From Podarcis bocagei (Eukaryota), in assembly GCA_964188305.1 (NCBI GenBank), contig OZ076889.1: a stretch of DNA of 64,000 nucleotides. The stretch is one strand, 5' to 3'. The translations under genes were made by a program, and so were the position numbers. Numbering within the stretch: the first letter of the stretch is position 1; the number at the start of each line of letters is the position of its first letter. Under the pieces are notes generated by a model. The model saw nothing but the letters and a program-made list of their open reading frames with translations, searched no databases and was not told where the DNA came from. Below are positions 14,082 to 26,841 of the stretch, one piece after another.

Positions 14082-17000
14082 CTGTTCAAAGACAAGATCC
14101 AAACAATTCAGTATTGGTTGTCCTGAAATTCCTATGCAGCTCTGATGGGTGAGAAACACACGACCACTCAAACGAAAGCATTTCTAGTGTTAATCGAAAA
14201 TGGATTTGATCTCAAAAGCAACTAAGCCACACCAACGAAGTGTATCCGTTTCATATTCATATCTCTAAGATTAAACATGAATTTGACTCTTTCATTCTCA
14301 CATATACAGAGCAGCATCTACTTGAGTGAGTATGTTAGATTAGACGTCACACTCGTGGACATTTGTAAGCCCAGGAAATTATACCCAGAAATATTATGAG
14401 AAAGAAGTACATTTTGGAGAACAATTGCAATCTAGCATAACTTGAAAGGCATTTCGCCCTGGACAATGCTACTTGCACTCTTTCACTTTACTTCATTTTA
14501 GGAAATGCACTTGCCTTGTAGCATTGTTCCTTCACACCTGGATAAATCCCATGCAAAAGAAATCTCTCACTTTTAAACTCAGAAGGAAAAGTTGCATACT
14601 TTCAGAAAACTTAGGGTTGGTTCACACATTATACTTCCATGTGCAGTCACAATTACAGCCCAACAGTGGGGTTGGGTGCGATTTCTGTTACATGCTATGT
14701 GCCATGTTAATGTCTTTTTCAACATATGCAAGCAATAGTCAAGAAGGGATACTTTGCTCACAAGGTCTCAGTATTATCATGCACATTTGATTCAAATCTA
14801 TCCTTGCACCCCACCCACACCAGTGACTTAGGAGGCAGCAATTTATGCAGGTGGATTCACTTTTGGAAAGTGTTGGTAACCTCCAGCCAGTAGTTTTTCC
14901 ATTGACAGCAGGCACCCAATTATGTTTCGGGCAAGTTATGAAATACTAGCAGCTTCATACCCGGCATTGCTCAAGAAACAAAAAAAACCCAGAGCAGTTT
15001 TAAAAAGTTCCGTCTGCATCTTGATTCAAAATGGCATCCAGTTGCATCTCAACATAGATGAAAGCCTACTTCTTGATCTCAGGAACAACTAATCAAAATA
15101 TACAGTAGATCATAGACCAAAACTGGACTCTTTAAATAAAATAAAATATCTCTTTGATTAACAACTAATTTACGAGATAAAAGTTTTGTTTTAATGCAAT
15201 ATATTTATATATTGCATTAAAAGTAAGGGTTAGTACTGGGTGCCTAGAAATGCTAAGTGATTTGGGGCAAGGACAACCAAGAGTGATCTATTTTGGGCCA
15301 TGGCTTAAGTCTGGAATTCTTATGCCTTTACTAATTGAGGTATGCAGCACATGGTTAATTATGACAGCTTGCTTTCCAGACTCCTGAGCATTTTGCCAAC
15401 CGCTCAAGCTCCCAGGAATTCCTAGAGGTTGGCCTCTGTTGAAATAAATGACCAGGTGCTTGGCCTGATCAGGGATATTGAAATGATGCACAACCTCTAG
15501 CCCAGGGAGAAGAGACTAGGTCAAGATAAAGCCACAAAGGACACTCCAACCATGGCAGAAGGGGGAGGTGGGCTATGTTATGTGCACCTTTCTGCACACA
15601 GACTTATTGGGAGCCTGTTGCTAATGGGAATACATGACTGACAGCTTGCTGACCTTGCCACTTTGACACATGATAGGATAAGAAGTACACACACACTCCT
15701 CCATCCATGCCAACGTGGATGGCCCTTTGACCTAGCCTAGCAATGAGAAGGGTAAAGAGGCACAATCCCAAATCCTGTTCAGTGTTTCAATTTTTATACA
15801 GTACTTGGCATTCTGAATATTTAGAAAGGCAACCACCACAGATTTACTGTCAATACTGGAGGGACAAACTTTATGATTTGCTACAGGTAACGTGAGATGC
15901 TGCAAATTTAGGACATTTTGCAACAGATGTAGTCACACTTATTTGACCAGTCAGTAGCAACAAAACCTTAATGGTGAGGTATTTCATCCCAGGTTAGCAG
16001 AGTTCTTTAATATTTGCTTGAATATCGCCAAAAATTGCAAGCAGAGATTGGAATGGTATTGGATTTATAAAATCAGCATTCAACTTTTCTCTTTGTGGGG
16101 CCTGAATATGCAAATAGGTTCCCGGTATAACAATGATAGCTGAACTTCATAGTTTTCATCCTGAGCTTCACACGATGGTGTGAATAGTTAATGTTATATA
16201 GGCAGTTATAGGATGAGCCTGCAAACAACAGCCAGACATACACTTTCTAGAATGTCTTTGACAGGTACAACCATTATTTTCATTTTATAATAGGAAAGCA
16301 GGGCCAAGTGAGATTATTAACAAAACTTGGGGTGTCAGAACAAGTTCTACCATCAGTCCAATGACATCCTTCAGTAGTTCCTTCAAAGCAAATTAGCCCA
16401 AACATGAGAGATGACTAGTCAAATTAGGGCAAGGAGGACAAAATGATTAATGTGCAATTTACTACACAACACATCTGGTGTTCCCCAAAACTATTATGCA
16501 GGATTCACTACATGATATCCATTAAAAACATTCACACTAAACACAAGCTATGAAAATATATGTATGGGGGGAACCAACTAGCTTTAGTGGTGTTTCCATG
16601 AATACCCAGAAAAGCACTTTTCTGCATGTACAGTACAAATGTAGATTCCAGGTATATTAAGTAATACAACTGTGAAATAGAAGACAATGTGCCTGAATGG
16701 TATGTCCCTGTAATGTTTAGCATCTGCAAAGAAACATGGTACCTTATAGTGACATTTCAGTCAGATGAATTGCAACATACAGGGACAAAGTATCAAAGGA
16801 CCAAATCTTTGCTTCACTGATGCAAGTTCTGAAGAGAAAAAGACTTACACTTTTGCATTAGAGCTGCTATATGTAGCAAGCATAACATGCCAACCTATAA
16901 GACACCGAGCACAGAAAACAAACTCCGTGTGCAACTTAAAAGCTTCAGGAGAGCTCAAAGCACCAGTAAAGAACATTATAACAAAACAACTGGTTTTATT

Positions 17001-17460
17001 TTGTTCATGTGTGCTTTGCAAACAGCCATCCTAACTGGGTAGAATCTTTATAGTGTTGGGAAAACCTGAAGCACTCTTGCTTTACTGGGGGCCACTCAAT
17101 TTTTCCCCCACCCACATAGGCCTGACCTCTGACAAAGGCATCCTCAGGTCTTGATACTCATATCTTCCATGAAGCTATCTAGTCCTTAAAAAAACCTCCT
17201 ATACCTACTTTTTCTGACGAACACATACCATTTATAAGCTTTACTATTCAATAATGGCTTTCATTAAATAAAAATGCTGCATGTTCTTTAATTTGTTGCC
17301 CTCCACATATTTAGTATTTTTTTTGGGGGGGGGGATAGTTATCTGTGTGGTATGAAAATTTTGTAATAAATAAACAAACATGAGGACTTGGATCTTTGTT
17401 TTGCAGTTTCCGGTACTTTATCTCTCACAACTTACATGCACAATTAGCAGAAAAGCTTTA

Positions 17461-17599
17461 AAAAGGTAAAGGGACCCCTGACCATTAGGTCCAGTTGTGA
17501 CTGACTCTGGGGTTGCGGTGCTCATCTCACTTTATTGGCCAAGGGAGCCGGCGTACAGCTTCCGGGTCACGTGGCCAGCATGACTAAGCTGCTTCTGGC

Positions 17600-17648
<49 letters not shown>

Positions 17649-18651
17649 TTATTATTTATACCCCGCCCATCTGGCTGGGCCTCCCCAGCCACTCTGGGCG
17701 GCTTCCATAGAAAACAGAAATACAGTAAAATATCACACGTTAAAAACTTCCCTGAACAGGGCTGCCTTAAGATGTCTTCTGAATGTCAGGTAGTTGTTTA
17801 TCGCTTTGACATCTGCTGGAAGGGCGTTCCACAGGGCGGGCGCCACTACCGAGAAGGCCCTCTGCCTGGTTCCCTGTAGCTTTGCTTCTCGCAATGAGGG
17901 AACCGCCAGAAGGCCCTCGGCGCTGGACCTCAGCGTCTGGGCAGAATGATGGGGGTGGAGACGCTCCTTCAGGTATACTGGACTGAGGCCGTTTAGGGCT
18001 TTAAAGGTCAGCACCAACACTTTGAATTGTGCTCGGAAACGTACTGGGAGCCAATGTAGGTCTTTCAAGACCGGTGTTATATGGTCTCGGCGGCCGCCCC
18101 CAGTCACCAGTCTAGCTGCCGCATTCTGGATTACTTGTAGTTTCCGAGTCACCTTCAAAGGTAGCCCCACGTAGAGCGCATTGCAGTAGTCCAAGCGGGA
18201 GATAACCAGAGCATGCACCACTCTGGCGAGACAGTCCGCAGGCAGATAGGGTCTCAGCCTACGTACCAGATGGAGCTGGTAAACAGCTGCCCTGGACACA
18301 GATTTGACCTGTGCCTCCATGGACAGCTGTGAGTCCAAAATGACTCCCAGGCTGCGCACCTGGTCCTTCAGGGGCACAGTTACCCCATTCAGGACCAGGG
18401 AATCCTCCACACCTGCCCGCCTCCTGTCCCCCAAAAACAGTACGAACCAGAGCAGTGCACGGAAGCACCATTTACCTTCCCGCTGGAGCGGTACCTATTT
18501 ATCTACTTGCACTTTGACATGCTTTCGAACTGCTAGGTGGGCAGGAGCAGGGACCAAGCAACGGGAGCTCACCCCGTCACAGGGATTCGAACCGCCGACC
18601 TTCTGATAGGCAAGTCCTAGGCTCTGTGGTTTAACCCGTGTCCCGCTGTCT
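17461..18651 (+). mobile_element. Sauria SINE split by a nested L2 LINE insertion
   Basis: 5' part aaaggtaaagggacccctgaccattagg...ctggcgaa (to 17602). Resumes at cgaaccagagcag (18443). TSD aaaagcttta at 17451-17460 and 18652-18661. Confidence 0.9.
17603..18442 (-). mobile_element. 5'-truncated L2-clade LINE (ORF2 C-terminus, 3'UTR, (TTA)n tail)
   Basis: Uninterrupted 233-aa ORF 17733-18434 with L2 motifs SRLDYCNAL, QNAAARL, HITPVLKDLHWLP. (AAT)n at 17601-17648. Confidence 0.92.
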
Positions 18652-19314
18652 AAAAGCTTTAGATCCTTACAAAACCACAGCTAGAATACAACCTACCTCC
18701 CCAATGACAAAACTGTGTTTTTTTAACATTGCTGGATTACATCAGTGTTAGCTCACACCAGATACTACACCATTTCATAAAAATGTTCAATACATACCCA
18801 TCTTTAACACTGAGCCGTATGTCCCAGTTCTGATCACTTACATATATTTTGTTAGTATTAATGATATCCTACATTTACCTTCAGAACTGCGTTATTCTTT
18901 TTCACAGTCATGGAAACCAGGTGGCTGGATTTTTGTGTCTGGATTTTGGAAACCAGGTGGCTGGATTCTGCCTCTTTCATTCATCCAATGCTTACCCAAC
19001 AACGCTTTAAAAAGGCAAAATAAAGCTTGAACAAAACTATTATTAGGCTGGTGATCATCCTGAGATGCAGAACCCATATGGGGGAAATGTATACCTGAAA
19101 ATAAGTGACTGAAGTACCTTGTACGCATTAGAAATGCAAAGTTTAGTATATGAACAGGCAGTGACTTCCATACTGCTATTTGAGTGTCACGCTCCTTATC
19201 TGCCACATTTAGGAAGACTGTAGAAAGGGTAGGGAATAGCTCAGTCAGACAATAACAGCAAAGACCTGCCTGGAAGATTGGAAGGAGAGGAGAGATCAAC
19301 TGGAGGGGGAGATG

Positions 19315-19449
19315 CTATAGCTCTTCTGACTCTGGGGTCTCAGCGGATTGCGAGAGCCTGGCTACAACCCGGGTCAAAGCCCTGTTTTCGGCCAGCAGCT
19401 GCTCATTCATCTGCCTCAAAGTGTGAATCTGTTTGAGCTGGTGAAGGTT
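19315..19449 (-). CDS. PPP1R12B: PPP1R12B alternative C-terminal exon (B isoform, leucine-zipper-negative), [44 protein letters not shown]
   Basis: Acceptor ctttgcag, phase 0, TAG at 19315-19317. Closely resembles the recalled human MYPT2B/HS-M21B tail [33 protein letters not shown]. Confidence 0.92.
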   Translation of the reverse strand, partial: NLHQLKQIHTLRQMNEQLLAENRALTRVVARLSQSAETPESEEL

Positions 19450-22383
19450 CTGCAAAGTGAGACATGGAGGAGATAGACAAAGACAAAACAGAGAATATAA
19501 AACAGCACAGAAACATGAATTCAATTGGCAAGCAAGAAAAAAAGAAGAGCAGCAACGAGAGGTGGAGAGCTGTGAAAGCACAGAAGAAGCTGGACAACAT
19601 ACTAAAGCACTGGACCAACCAAAAAAGAAACCACAGAGAATGCAGTTCATTCTCTTAAGGCTTGAACCTAACCAAGTTTCAAATTTAACGAAACACCATA
19701 AAGGTGACAAATTATAGCTCTTAAATGGAGTGAGAAACTTCACCATGGCTGAAAACCACATCAGGAAAACCTTGCGCACAGCACTTTTAAAGTCCTTTTG
19801 CAAGGTACTGACAGATGACTAATGCTGGTTGGAAGAGCACCAATGGGGCAGTTAAGTATCTTTATAAAAGCTTTTAATGACCCACATCCCAGCCAATGTG
19901 GCTTTGCATAGCAAAAGGGGATAGCTGTAGCAGCTGAGGTGAATTGCTTTAAAATGAGTCTAATGCTATCCTTCACTTTACAACATGTGGTAGTATTTGC
20001 AGTAGAAAGGGAAACTGGTTTGTACAATGCTGAATACTGTCACAATACACAACTCTTATAGCCTGTGCAGTCTGTAAGTGTCCCTGTGCTGAATTTGTGC
20101 TCCACAATTTAGCCAAACAGTAGCTTTACACTAAACACCACTGATGCAGAATCTTCAAAAACACCCCTCTAAATACAAGCACACACTTTTTCATATATGC
20201 GTATGGAAAAAATGGTCAGCATGCCTTACTGTCCCAAACTGGCATGAAACACAAGTGTTAATTTATGTGCTCATGGCATTTTTCTCTAGTATAAATGGAA
20301 CTAAAATCTTGCATGAATGCTAAAGGCCAAGTATACAGACAATTAAGTGCTTTGAAATTGCTTTTATAGCATCAAAGGCAATTGCTTCAGAAGGGTTTCC
20401 AATGCAGACTCTAAAAGGACCCAATTTTCTAAAGAAAGAAATGTCGAATGCATTTCACTTTCAATATGGTGTAATAATAAGTGAAGAAAACACAATGATG
20501 AAGATATAACTGAGGATATAAACACCCTACAGAAAGTTTTTACTGGGCCACTAGGATGGGGAATAATCTTGACATAATCTCAAAATATGAGATACAACAT
20601 CCATGTGACAACAATTTGCAGAAAAGGCAACACAAATCCAATGGAACAGCATCCTTTTTGTTACTTCTGGGATGATTGTAGTACAGCAACCTAGAATTTT
20701 CTGCAGAAGCAAATATCTTCCATTAGCTTGCATTCCATTCTACTCTTCTCTTCTTCATTGACTGAAGCATAGAGATTTATTGACTAAATCCAGGCTCCAA
20801 CCAAAAGCTCTCCACAACCGTTTGGCTAAACAGATCCCTGAACATAATTTACTTAATTTTCAACTGTGAGAGTCATTTTATTTTATTTTTTTAAAGCACA
20901 GGGCACTAAGCCCATAAGACAAAAACACAAAAAGGTTAGCAAACTCTGCAAACATTTTTGTGAGGGACACACAACACAGTATCCTTATCCCGCCCATCTA
21001 TGCTGTGACTATTAGGAAATCCTAATGCTGGTGTGCCTGGTTTATGCTTCATTAATTTAGTTCTTCACAATAATTATATTGCATAGGAGGACAGATCATA
21101 AATGGGGCAGCAGGGCCAGAAAAGAAACTGAATTCTACATCAAAGGTCTCACTACTAAAATGATAAAGTCCAACCTGTCAATAATTTAAAAGGCTTAATT
21201 GCTGAACATTCCAGCTGATTAAGCTGATATAGCTGAGCTGTGTCTTTGTTCAGCCAAGTCGCAAAGCGATCAAGCAGCCCAGAGAGCCTAACGACACTGC
21301 TTCAGTGTCAAACTCAGTTTTTTACCTTCCTTCCTCCAAGTGAGTTGCTGACAGCAAGAAAAGAGGTGACTGTACAGCGGGGAAAGAATGTAAATTGAAA
21401 AAGCAGTTCCTGGACGAGGAGTAAGCCAAAATGCAACCACAGCACAAGAGGGATTGAGGCAGGATGCGTGCATATTTGCTTTGTCAACTCAAGGTGACTT
21501 TGGCTATAAAAAGAAGTTGTGGACAGATAAGGCATGTAATGCATGAAATGGATGTCATTCGAGAGAAGCAGACATGCTGAAAATGGCCTGTAATATTATG
21601 GCAGCACACCCAAAGTTGACGGACCTCTCAAGGGCACTACATTTATTTAGAAAAGGTAGTTCAGAAGAAAAATAGTAAATAAGGTTATCGAGGATTTTCA
21701 TAGTTTCACCACCTCACACAAATCAGTACTGCTGCTTTAGGGTTTCCAGAGCCGAACACTTCAGCAATGACACCTGAAGGATAAAATCCTGGTAACTACT
21801 GCATATTGGTTACATGTATCACAACAACATTGTTCTTCTTACAATTACGTTTTTAGGAGGGTTTTTTTGTTGTTGTTGCTAGTCACACCATCCTTTAGAA
21901 CAAGGTACAGTATAGCTATTTTGTGTAGCTGAATTCAAGGTGGTGTTGCGTTTGCCCCTCTGCGTTCTCATTTTAATTCTTTAAGAGCTTTCAAATAATT
22001 ACATTTTAATAAGACCTCTAGAGAGGCCAATGGTGCAACCCATCCCCCGCAACTGAGGATCATGCTGTAAGATGGAGCGCAATTTCCGCTTTTGAAACTC
22101 CCCCCCCCCAAGTCGAAACAGATCTTGACTTCAAAGGATTATCACACTCAGTAAAAACATAAAGGACATAAATTGGAACCAGCTCCAGCAAGGCAGGAAA
22201 TGGCTTTCATCACTACTATGGTTTCAGGGGTGCAGCAGCTCCTGTTTTTGAAGCAGAAACATTTCTCCCCACCACCACCAAGAAATGAACTTAGGTTATA
22301 GGGAAATAAACACCAGGGGGCAGACAAAAGAACAGGCACATTTTGGGAGCAGAAGTATTTGCATATTGTATAAACCTATATAG

Positions 22384-22509
22384 TACAGTGAAGCCAGCTT
22401 AGTATTTTCAGGTCACCAGGGAAGCACAAGACGTTGCCTCTGCCTTTACAGTGAAGCCAGCTTAGTATTTTCAGGTCACCAGGGAAGCACAAGACGTTGC
22501 CTCTGCCTT
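22384..22509. repeat. Perfect 63-bp tandem duplication
   Basis: 22384-22446 is identical to 22447-22509. Confidence 0.95.
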
Positions 22510-22828
22510 AACCAGAAAAACATGATCGCCAGAAAACAGAACTTCGTTATAGCAGATGTCCAAAAAAGGGATGGCATTTCAAAGGAGCTGCCTGAAAAGG
22601 CAAATTCCTGCCCAGTCCAGCATCAATCTGTATGTCTTTAGACAGAAAGCTCAAATGGTGGCGCAAGGAAACCGGAAGCTTGACAACTCCTCTCATGTAC
22701 TTACTTGTGCTATCAATCGTCCTTCAAGCAATATTCTGGAGCCATGAAGTATGAATGAGTGGGAAGAAATGCAGTTATAAAAGTTTTGCCCAAAACTGCC
22801 ATGAGATTTAAAATGCATACCTCATGAC

Positions 22829-23140
22829 TAGGGCTGTGCACAGGAAAAAAAATGGCCTTGGAACCCACCTCTCATTGGCTCGGACTGGGGGTTGCCTCGG
22901 CTTGGTGGCTTGGCTTAACATCGCAGTTCGCCTCGGATCCAAGGCAGAGGGTCGCCTCGCCTCATTTTCTGAAGCACCCGATGTCTTCCCCATTGACTAC
23001 AAGGGGAAAATCAAGAAGACCTATATTTTGGCAGAATTGGATGACATTTCCATTGTAGTCTATTCTGAGGGGATGAAGCCTACCAAACCGAGGGTGTGGT
23101 TCTTTAAAGAAAAAAAAAGAGGTGTCATGCCTGTCCCTGT
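22829..23140. mobile_element. Probable degenerate hAT-type MITE
   Basis: Begins TAGGGCTGTGCAC. Internal inverted motifs cattgactacaa/ttgtagtctat and cctcggcttggt/accaaaccgagg. Confidence 0.4.
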
Positions 23141-25739
23141 GGTTTTGTGGGTGTAGAGGTGCCCTTGCACCAAAGTCACAGGAAGTGGAAAGCTGAAGAA
23201 AAAAGGGCTGATGTGAGCATGAGGCAAAACTTGCATGTCTAGCATTCCAAGTGAGCTGCAAGACCCACAACACCCCTCCCCCCCCCAGTCCTGGCATTAG
23301 AGGAAGGCAGGAAGAGAAACAGCAATGCATGCACCTTTACCAGCAAGCCTGATAAGAGGAAGGCAGGCAAGGGGGCTAGCAGACACTTCTGGAGACAATG
23401 AGAAAGAGACAGAGGAAGGAGCAAGGCACATGCCTTCACAAGGCACATTCCTCGAATCAGTGTGGAGACACCATGCTGGAGCAGAGTAACTGCTTCAAGT
23501 TCGGAGCGGACATAGTGCACTGAAAGAACGGCAGGCAGAGGCAGCAGAAGACAAAGGGAACACTGAGTCTGGCATGTAAGACCTGGCATGTTCAGTGTGC
23601 CAATCACCAAGCCACACAAAACAATTCTTACACGAGGTAGAAAATATTCCAACAACTAGAGCATATATGTTGGGACCTGCACCTCCCTGCCCCAAGCACC
23701 CAACACTGGCAGTGATGCTGCTGAAGTCACTAATTTCCCCGCCATGTTTTCACTTGCAGGCCAACCCAGCAGTGACACTGTAGCGGGCAAGGAGCAGAGC
23801 AGAGCAGCTGTTTGGCTCCCAACATGCTACAGTGCTGTTGTCACTGGATAAGCCAGCAAGTGAATTGTGGTGGGAGAATAGTAGCCCATTACATTGTGGC
23901 TGCTGCTGTTGCTGCACATACATCCTGACTTGTGAACATGAGGGGGAAAGATGCAAAAACTCCACCCCAAAACTAGAGCGGAGTCTGTTAGAGAAAGAAT
24001 CAACAAGCTGAAATGCCTTTATCAAGTGCACTAGAGAAATGCAGCAACAGTGTGAGGGCGGCACTCCCTTGCTGGGATGCTCAGGTGGGGAATTCTTCCT
24101 ATATCCCTCCCAAAAGTACTGTGATTGGAAGTAAAAGAAGGAGCCTGCCTGGTAAAATTTCCTAATTAGAAGCTAGAGCGCTCAGTTGTAAAACTCCTCT
24201 TCTGCCTGCCTGCCTCCTCACTTGCATGTCATCTTCTATTGATAAAGAGATTGAGGAAGGTTACAAAATTATATCAAACACATTTGAAGCCCTCTGAGGT
24301 GATTCCAATGACTTGGGCGCCCACCTCAGATCCCAAGGGGGTCCAAATATCCCAGAGGTAGGGATCCTCAGCATGGATGAGGCACAAGTCTGAGGTGAAT
24401 GCACAGCTCCACTTATGCCTTTTTTATACAACTGTCAGCTGCACATTTTAACCTGCACAGTGTGTCAGAGTAAAAGAGAATCTGTATACCAAAGCGAATT
24501 TTATTTAACATTAGCAGGAATGATTCTGCGAGATACTATAACCAGTGGAAGGCAAAGTCTGACCCACTAGGCATTTAGTATTTCAAGGCCAGAGACCTTA
24601 ATGTATTACTGGCAGATTGGAAACAAAGCATACAAGCCTTAGTTACAATCAAACTGTGTACAGACACACAGAGTGAACAGTCTGCTTGTAACACTAAGCC
24701 AAACCATAGCTAAACATGGATAAGAAAGTGTGCAGGGACACAGAGCAAAAATCACCACAACTTATTGCCACTCCTGGTTCTGTTGGTGCCACACTACCTG
24801 GAACTAAGCTGTTGTTTGGCTTAGTGTTACGTGTGAATGCAGGCTCACAGGTTGTCTTCTGCAAACAAACCACACACGGTAAGCCAAAAGGAACCTTGGC
24901 GGCAGCTTGTGGTTTGTTTGGAGACATGGAAAAACTATAACTGACTGCATTTTCCCAGACAATGTACAGGCAGTGGCTTCTCTATGTCCATATTGCAATT
25001 TTACATGCAGGTGCTGTGCAATAACGGAATATGTTGTTTCTGTTTTCTTTTACCATTCATAACATTTACTAATAACTTTCCCATTTAGAAACCTAAAGCA
25101 TTGGATGCATTTATACAGTAAGAACTAGTTTGGCAAAGACATGGTTTTTGGCATGTTGCAGCAGTGGGTGCTTCTCTTAGGCAGCAATCATATTTTACAC
25201 ACAAGTAATCCCAACTGAGCTCAATGGGACCAACCACTGAGTAGACATGCACAGTACTGCGTGGCCAGGGCTTGTGTCCACTTTTGCTTCTTACCCCTAT
25301 GGCAAGAACACCAAGAAAAAAATCCCTTCTTTCATCAGGAAAAGCCACTCTCCATATTGTGTCTGAAGTAATGTCACTAAAGCAGGGGTAAACTTCTGCA
25401 TACTTGGTGGCCACTGTATTTCTAACAGTTGGCTGAGGACTGAGAGCACACGTTGCTGCATAAACTGATACCCTCACCCAGCTTCATAATAAAATGGTAT
25501 CAGCCTAAAGGAGTAAGAGCCTCAGAGTTATGAAGCATACAAACTCAGGAGGCATTTGCAAGGCACTGCATACAAAATTCAAGAGAAAATGCAACACGAA
25601 ACTGTGGAGTGTTTATCTTGCAAGCTGGGAAACATTTCTATTTTCCATGCAAGTGAAGTTTTGGGCAGACTTTTAGCACACTTTAAATTTTGGTATATCC
25701 ACCAACTCCCTATCACCAAAGCACTACCTGATCAACTAA

Positions 25740-26590
25740 TCCCCAAGAAGGCTGTGGAAGTCCTGAACCATTGCCTGGATGCAGAGATGGATTAGATATG
25801 GGGCAACAAACTGAGGCTCAATCCAAGCCAATGGTTCTGGTAGTCAGCAATCTTATCTGGACTATATCCTGCTTTGGACAGGGATGCATTCTCTCCCACA
25901 ACTTGTGTGCTTTACTGGATTTGGCATTGGTCCTCGATTATCCGGTTGCTGCTACAGTTAGGAATGAGTTGCCCAGTTTTGACTGATGCACTAGCTGTGC
26001 CCCTTCCTGCAGAAGATGGATCTGGCTATAGTGATGCATGCTTCAGCCAGCTGCCATTTAGTTTATTGCAGCACGAACTGTGTGGGGCTACAGGGTTGGC
26101 CAACTGTAGCTGGTGCAAAATACTGCAGCCAAATTGCTTTCTGATGTGCACGGCACAGACCACATTCACTCTGTTTTATACCAACTGCATTGGCTTCTGG
26201 ACACAAATCAAGATGCTGGTGCTAACCTCTAAATCCTTAGATGACTTGAGGCAGGATATCTGAAAAGCCATCTCTTCCCATAGGAGTGTACAATCTTCTT
26301 CTAAGGCCCTGCGGCGTGGTTCCACTGCCTAAAGAGGTGACTGCAGGAGACAGGGCCTTTTTTGTGGCAGTAACAAAATGGTGGCCCTCTCACCCAAGGG
26401 AGGTGAAAATGGCTTCTCTCTACTTATTTCCAGGGGGGCAGTAAAACAGTTTCCATTCTGCATGGCTCTGAATTTTTAGTATGTTCTCAATCTGGTTTAT
26501 AGCCTAAATCTGTTTTTGTTTTTGAATACCATCATGAGAGCCCTGTAAGGATAAAAGGCGGCTTATAAATATTTTTATGAATAAATAAAT
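25740..26590 (+). mobile_element. Degenerate L2 LINE 3' portion
   Basis: Frameshifted remnants of L2 ORF2 (KLRLNP, QNTAAKL, HITPVLYQLHWL-like) ending in ggcggcttataaata...aataaataaat. Confidence 0.75.
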
Positions 26591-26790
26591 TCCCAATAGC
26601 TAGTAGTGGTGTGCATGCATGAATGGTTAATCCAATACCAACATTTTAACAATGACTTACACTATTCTAATATTTTCTGAGGGGCACCTGTTAATCTGTT
26701 GCAGCAAAAAACTCCAGCAGAGTCATGTGACAATCCAAAATTATGCTACTATGTACAGAAGGCGGAAAATAAATGAAGAATTGTTCATAC

Positions 26791-26841
26791 CTTCATCTCC
26801 TCTTCCATTTCTGAGAGCTTCCGCTCAAGAGCTCGTTTCTC
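26791..26841 (-). CDS. PPP1R12B: PPP1R12B coding exon, EKRALERKLSEMEEEMK
   Basis: Acceptor ttaaacag, donor AAG|gtatga; 51 nt. Confidence 0.96.

Noticed and set aside
17733-18434. Longest ORF in the window (233 aa) as a host gene
   Set aside because: It is an L2 LINE ORF2 C-terminal fragment, 5'-truncated and lacking the RT catalytic core.
19450-19803. N-terminal part of the 162-aa ORF 19315..19803
   Set aside because: It is intronic polypyrimidine sequence. Only the portion after the acceptor at 19450-19451 is coding.
22808-23330. Minus-strand ORFs with plausible acceptor and donor sites as extra PPP1R12B exons
   Set aside because: They overlap a probable degenerate hAT MITE and show no resemblance to MYPT proteins.
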